A DNA stretch of 64,000 nt from Macrostomum lignano (taxonomy: Eukaryota): NCBI GenBank assembly GCA_002269645.1, contig NIVC01001279.1:124001-188000 (forward strand), given 5' to 3'. The notes under the pieces are model-generated. The model did not search any database. It saw only the letters and a program-made list of their open reading frames with translations, and was not told where the DNA came from. Both the position numbers and the translations under genes were made by a program. Positions 51,693 through 64,000 of this stretch are shown piece by piece; positions within the stretch are counted from its first letter, which is position 1; each line of letters opens with the position of its first letter.

Positions 51693-53511
51693 GTTACATG
51701 CATGTGCTGCAATTAAAAACGGGATTTTCTATCAGGATGCGGGACGTCCATGCCAAGAGGAATTATTACAAAATATCACATTTCTATCTCCATCGTAAAT
51801 TTTCGACCAGCTACCAGCCAAAAAATACAGTTGACAACGTACATGCTTAATCTGTTTTTACGCTAAACTGGATTGGCTGCAGCTGTATCATTATGCCGAC
51901 TACGCTCTGGCTTAATCACTGTGCGTGGATGTACATGTACATGTACCGTACATGTATAGCTGTACATACATATATATGCATGTAACTATATGTACATGAG
52001 TACATAAATCCAAAATGGCAATTCAAAGTTGATGTAGCCTTTACAATATTTTTCGTACTTGGTTTCTAAAAAGAAACGGATAAAGTACATAGTATTTAAC
52101 GAGGCCACGGAAATAGAAAACAAAATGATAAATACCAGCACATGCTATTTAGGACTAAGATAATTGGGGAAAATTTAATAATCGAGAAATACTTTGATTC
52201 AGAATCTGACTCAAGGAATCAAATCTTTCGTGAGTACAAGAATAATTTTCTTTTACTTAGTAGAGTTGTTATTTTTAGTTTCGGCGCATTATTTAAGATC
52301 GATCGTTTGAAAGCAGTTTTTTAATTATTTCTGCTCGTAGTAAAGTCGGTCCGTCCGTGTAGAGTCGAGTATGATCTGCAGGAGTTAGAACTTACCATTT
52401 AAGCTCCAGTTTTACACTATTAGAATTGTATCCTGCTTTAGTACTGAAAAAATTAAGTGCTGTACGTGTAGGTTGTAGCTGATCAACTAGACAATATTTT
52501 TTTATCTGGTACAACTAAATATCACTTAACATTTTTATCGGCATCGCACCATACCATGGTCTGCCTCGAACTTGATTTTCACTTTAACTACGCAAACAGC
52601 AAGTCTTATGTTATATAGTGTATTTTTTATGTTAAATATACTCTTTGACTTTGACATGACTGAACCAACTAAAGCAATCTTGGACCTTTTATTTAGGCCT
52701 AGTGCACACGCCACCACTGCCACTCACTAGTGTATACTTATTTCTGAGCTATATATTAAGCTATATGCAACTAGTTAGGGGGGTCTACAATATCTATAAG
52801 CAGGCTACATAATATTTGTTATATGTTAATGCTTTTAAGTTTTAATTGGGTAAAAAAGAATTGTTTTGGCATAGACATCCTGAAATTCTAAAAATAATTG
52901 TTAAATTTATGCACCAAGCTTAGAAAAAAGGAAGCATTAATGTGGAACATATTTATTCAGCCTAAAGTTTAGCTTAGGCCCTAGGTTTTGTTGCTAATTG
53001 AGTCTTAAGTTATTTTAATTTGTTTCTTTTAGTCAATATATACTAGAAGTGTCTAGTGATACCCATATTGTGATAGAAAAAAGCTAGGCCCTAAATAAGA
53101 GTATTAATTGCTTTTTTGTATCTAGAGTAGCTTTACTTCATAAAAATTAGTTTTGTAAATGCTAGGCCTATAATAGACCCTGAAATTTGTGTTTTCTCAA
53201 TTTTTAAGCTATAGACTGAAATTTTGCTATGAATTAATTGAATGTTTTTATTTAATTACTAAAAAGTTGGTTATAACATTAATTTAAATTTTCCTCCTTT
53301 CAAATATTTACATTATTTATATCTAATATACTTGATTAATATCCTTTTAAACTTCATAAAGAAATACATTACACAATATAAAGTCATTGGTATATCATTA
53401 GTCACTAAGCTTATGTGAATAAATTATTTTTATCATATTACTGTCTAGAATTTTCATTAGCTAATTGGCAGTTCATTTTATGCTTTCTTTTGATGCTCAA
53501 TAGACAGGAAA

Positions 53512-60573
<7,062 letters not shown>

Positions 60574-60595
60574 GTAAGAATTAAGTTTGCTAAAA

Positions 60596-61000
60596 TGAAT
60601 TAGGTGTCCCTGACACTGAATTTGGGTGTGCCTGACACTGAATTGGGTGTCCCTAACAAACGAAGTAGGTGTCCCTGACACTGAATTTAGCCGTCCCTGA
60701 CACTGAATTAGGTGTCCCTGACACTGAATTAGGTGTCCCTGACACTGAATTAGGTGTCCCTGACACTGAATTAGGTGTCCCTGACACTGAATTAGGTGTC
60801 CCTGACACTGAATTAGGTGTCCCTGACACTGAATTAGGTGTCCCTGACACTGAATTAGGTGTCCCTGACACTGAATTAGGTGTCCCTGACACTGAATTAG
60901 GTGTCCCTGACACTGAATTTAGCCGTCCCTGACACTGAATTTAGCCGTCCCTGACACTGAATTAGGTGTCCCTGACACTGAATTTAGCCGTCTCTGGCAC
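60596..61000. repeat. 21-bp minisatellite TGAATTAGGTGTCCCTGACAC (NSF intron 4)
   Basis: About 18 copies. Confidence 0.94.
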
Positions 61001-61489
61001 TGAATTTGGTGTCCTATGCACCCGTTGCTCCCTCAGTCTCGAGTGGACACAGTTTAGCCGGCTTAACAGCGGCTCCATTTCTCTGCTTCCGTCTCCATAC
61101 TTGCCTGTCCCAGATTGAGCACATATTTGCTGAAGCTCATGAATTCTCAGCTGTCTCCGTATTCCAGCCTCATCATTCTCTTTTAAAAGCACTAACTGCA
61201 CTGTATAGTAGGGATAGGGATGGACTGAAAGGTTCTCCGTGGGATAATGATGTCTATCAGTTCCTAACTGCAGATTGGGATCTCTTGGGAAAATGAGAAA
61301 ATCTGAATAATTTACTATAGGCTGGGGTATTTTTTGCCCATGTAGGAATTTGGGGATTGGCTAGCATCTAATGCACAAATTCGATGCACTGTCTGAATTC
61401 AGCCAGTTCTGAATTGTAGATTAGCCACTATGCTCGTAGTGTAGAGACGCTTTCACGGTTAATTCAGACTCTTGCCAGTCAGTCAGCCT

Positions 61490-61532
61490 GCCTGTCTGTC
61501 TGTCTGTCTGTGTCTGTCTGTCTGTCTGTCTT

Positions 61533-61571
<39 letters not shown>

Positions 61572-61574
61572 GCC

Positions 61575-61614
<40 letters not shown>

Positions 61615-61747
61615 AGTCAGTCAGTCAGTCAGTCAGTCAGTCAGTCAGTCAGTCAGTCAGTCAGTCAGTCAGTCAGTCAGTCAGTCAGTCAGTCAGTCAG
61701 TCAGTCAGTCAGTCAGTCAGTCAGTCAGTCAGTCAGTCAGTCAGTCA

Positions 61748-61799
<52 letters not shown>

Positions 61800-61802
61800 T
61801 TC
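61490..61802. repeat. (TCTG)n-(TCAG)n-(TCTG)n compound microsatellite
   Basis: Seen directly. Confidence 0.96.
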
Positions 61803-62449
61803 TGTGGTTTCGAAAAAAAACGATAGCCAATTTTTTTAGTAAGAAATAGTATAACAGTACAGAATATTTTTGTTGAAAGAAACTGGCTAGATTTTATGGG
61901 ATTTTTTATCCCAGAATTTCTCTTCCTCTCGGCCTCCCAAACCTCCGGTTCCCGTCTCTCATATTAATTCTCTAAATTGTGTTTGCCAAAGGCTGCTGGT
62001 GGGGTTGGCCATGGGGTTGACGTCTCAACGTTGGCTTTCAATTAAAGGCTTATGGCTATTGGTTAATTTTATTATGAGGTGATATTTCCTGGAAAATGGG
62101 AATGCGATCGAGAAGAGAAATAGGAGAAGACTATAAATTGTAGTTAAGGCAGCTCTCCGCCTCGGACCCATGGCTTAATTCGACAAAAGTTCTTCTTCCT
62201 CTTCCCCACCGTCCACCGACTCTTCAGCGGCCTCCTCTCCCGTCGATCAATAAATGCGCGAATTGGCTAGTAGAATCTATATCAAATTTCAGCTACTTTA
62301 ATTTAGAATGCTACTTTCGGTTTATCCTACTGATAAGGAGACAAGTAGGCTAAATTGAACTTTGCTACTTTAATGTTTTGGGAAGCATAAAATTTCATAA
62401 TGTTAGATATTTAGCTGCGTTTAAATTTGATTTTTTATTCAGGTTAGAT

Positions 62450-63902
62450 TGATGGGACGCTAGATCGATGTGATGATAGATGGGATAATAGATCGATGGG
62501 ACAGTAGATTTATGGGATAATAAATCGATGGGATAATAGATCGATGAGATAATAGATCGATAGGATAATAGATCGATGGGATAATAATAGATCGATGGGA
62601 TAATTGATTGATGGGATAGTAGCTCGATGGGATAATAGATCGATGGGATAATAGATCGATGGGATAATAGATCGATGTGATGATAGATGGGATAATAGAT
62701 CGATGGGACAGTAGATTGATGGGATAATAGATCGATGGGACAGTAGATTGATGGGATAATAGATCGATGGGATAATAGATCGATGAGATAATAGATCGAT
62801 AGGATAATAGATCGATGGGATAATAATAGATCGATGGGATAATTGATTGATGGGATAATAGATCGATGGGATAATAGATCGATGGGATAATAGATCGATG
62901 TGATGATAGATGGGATAATAGATCGATGGGACAGTAGATTTATGGGATAATAGATCGATGGGATAATAGATCGATGGGATAATAGATCGATGGGATAATA
63001 CATCGATGGGATAATAATAGATCGATGGGATAATAATAGATCGATGGTATAATAATAGATGGATAGGATAATAGATCGATGGGATAATAGATCGATGGGA
63101 TAATAATAGATCGATGGGATAATTGATCGATGGGATAATAGATCGATGGGATAATAGATCGATGGGATAATAGATCGATGGGATAATAGATCGATGGGAT
63201 AATAATTGATCGATGGGACAGTAGATCGATGGGATAATATATCGATGGGATAATAATTGATCGATGGGACAGTAGATCGATGGGATAATATATCGATGGG
63301 ATAATAATTGATCGATGGGACAGTAGATCGATGGGATAATAATAGATCGATAGGATAATGGATCGATTGGATAATAGATCGATGGGATAATAATTAATAG
63401 ATCGATGGGATAATAATTAATAGATCGATGGGATAATACATCGATGGGATAATAGATCGATGGGATAATACATCGATGGGATAATAGATCGATGGAATAA
63501 TAATAGATCGATGGGATAATAATAGATCGATGGGATAATAATAGATCGATGGGATAATAATAGATCGATGGGATAATAATAGATCGATAGGATAATAGAT
63601 CGATGGGATAATAGATCTATGGGATAATAATAGATCGATGGGATAATAATAGATCGATGGGATAATAATAGATCGATGGGATAATAATAGATCGATGGGA
63701 TAATAGATCGATGGGATAATAGATCGATGGGATAATAGATCGATGGGATAATAGATCGATGGGATAATAGATCGATGGGATAATAGATCGATGGGATAAT
63801 AGATCGATGGGATAATAGATCGATGGGATAATAGATCGATGGGATAATAGATCGATGGGATAATAGATCGATGGGATAATAGATCGATGGGATAATAGAT
63901 GG
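62450..63902. repeat. 16/19-bp minisatellite ATCGATGGGATAATAG
   Basis: About 85 copies with (AAT) length variants. Confidence 0.95.
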
Positions 63903-64000
63903 AATGGCCTTGGGAAAATAGCCTACAAAACGGTTTGTTGTTGCCCCTCCCAGGGCTGATCCGCGGGTAGCCCCCGGCTTCCCACCCCCGTTTAACAAAA

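Noticed and set aside
52375-52400. Minus-strand ATG|GTAAGTTCTAACTCCTGCAG, a 20-nt intron-like motif
   Set aside because: Much shorter than any intron defined in this window, and the spliced ORF would be only 17 codons.

Overview
Eukaryotic (metazoan, invertebrate-like) genomic DNA with GT-AG introns; no prokaryotic features and no CRISPR array. Four protein-coding genes were reconstructed by hand from splice sites and protein similarity recalled from memory. (1) A 16-exon NALCN sodium-leak channel on the minus strand (24580->1195), with an EKEE selectivity filter and an apparent 1-nt frameshift at about 3427. (2) An 8-exon A1CF/RBM47/RBM46-family 3xRRM + dsRBD-like gene on the minus strand (47129->31585), with one unresolved phase conflict. 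(3) The 5' part of NSF on the plus strand (53512->60573; the remainder is not found in the window). (4) An intronless PACRGL gene nested on the same strand in NSF intron 2. Mobile DNA comprises a decayed Ty1/copia element in NALCN intron 7, a non-autonomous hAT-type element with a perfect 8-bp TSD, and several MITE/foldback remnants. The most striking pattern is architectural: all 26 coding-region introns I could define contain a micro- or minisatellite array, mostly with a different unit in each intron, while the two ~6-kb intergenic stretches are nearly array-free. Most long ORFs in the supplied track are translations of these arrays. The repeat style and poly-Ala/poly-Gln-rich proteins are reminiscent of a Macrostomum-like flatworm, but that is a low-confidence inference. 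I found no clearly new multi-gene system; the best leads are listed under findings.
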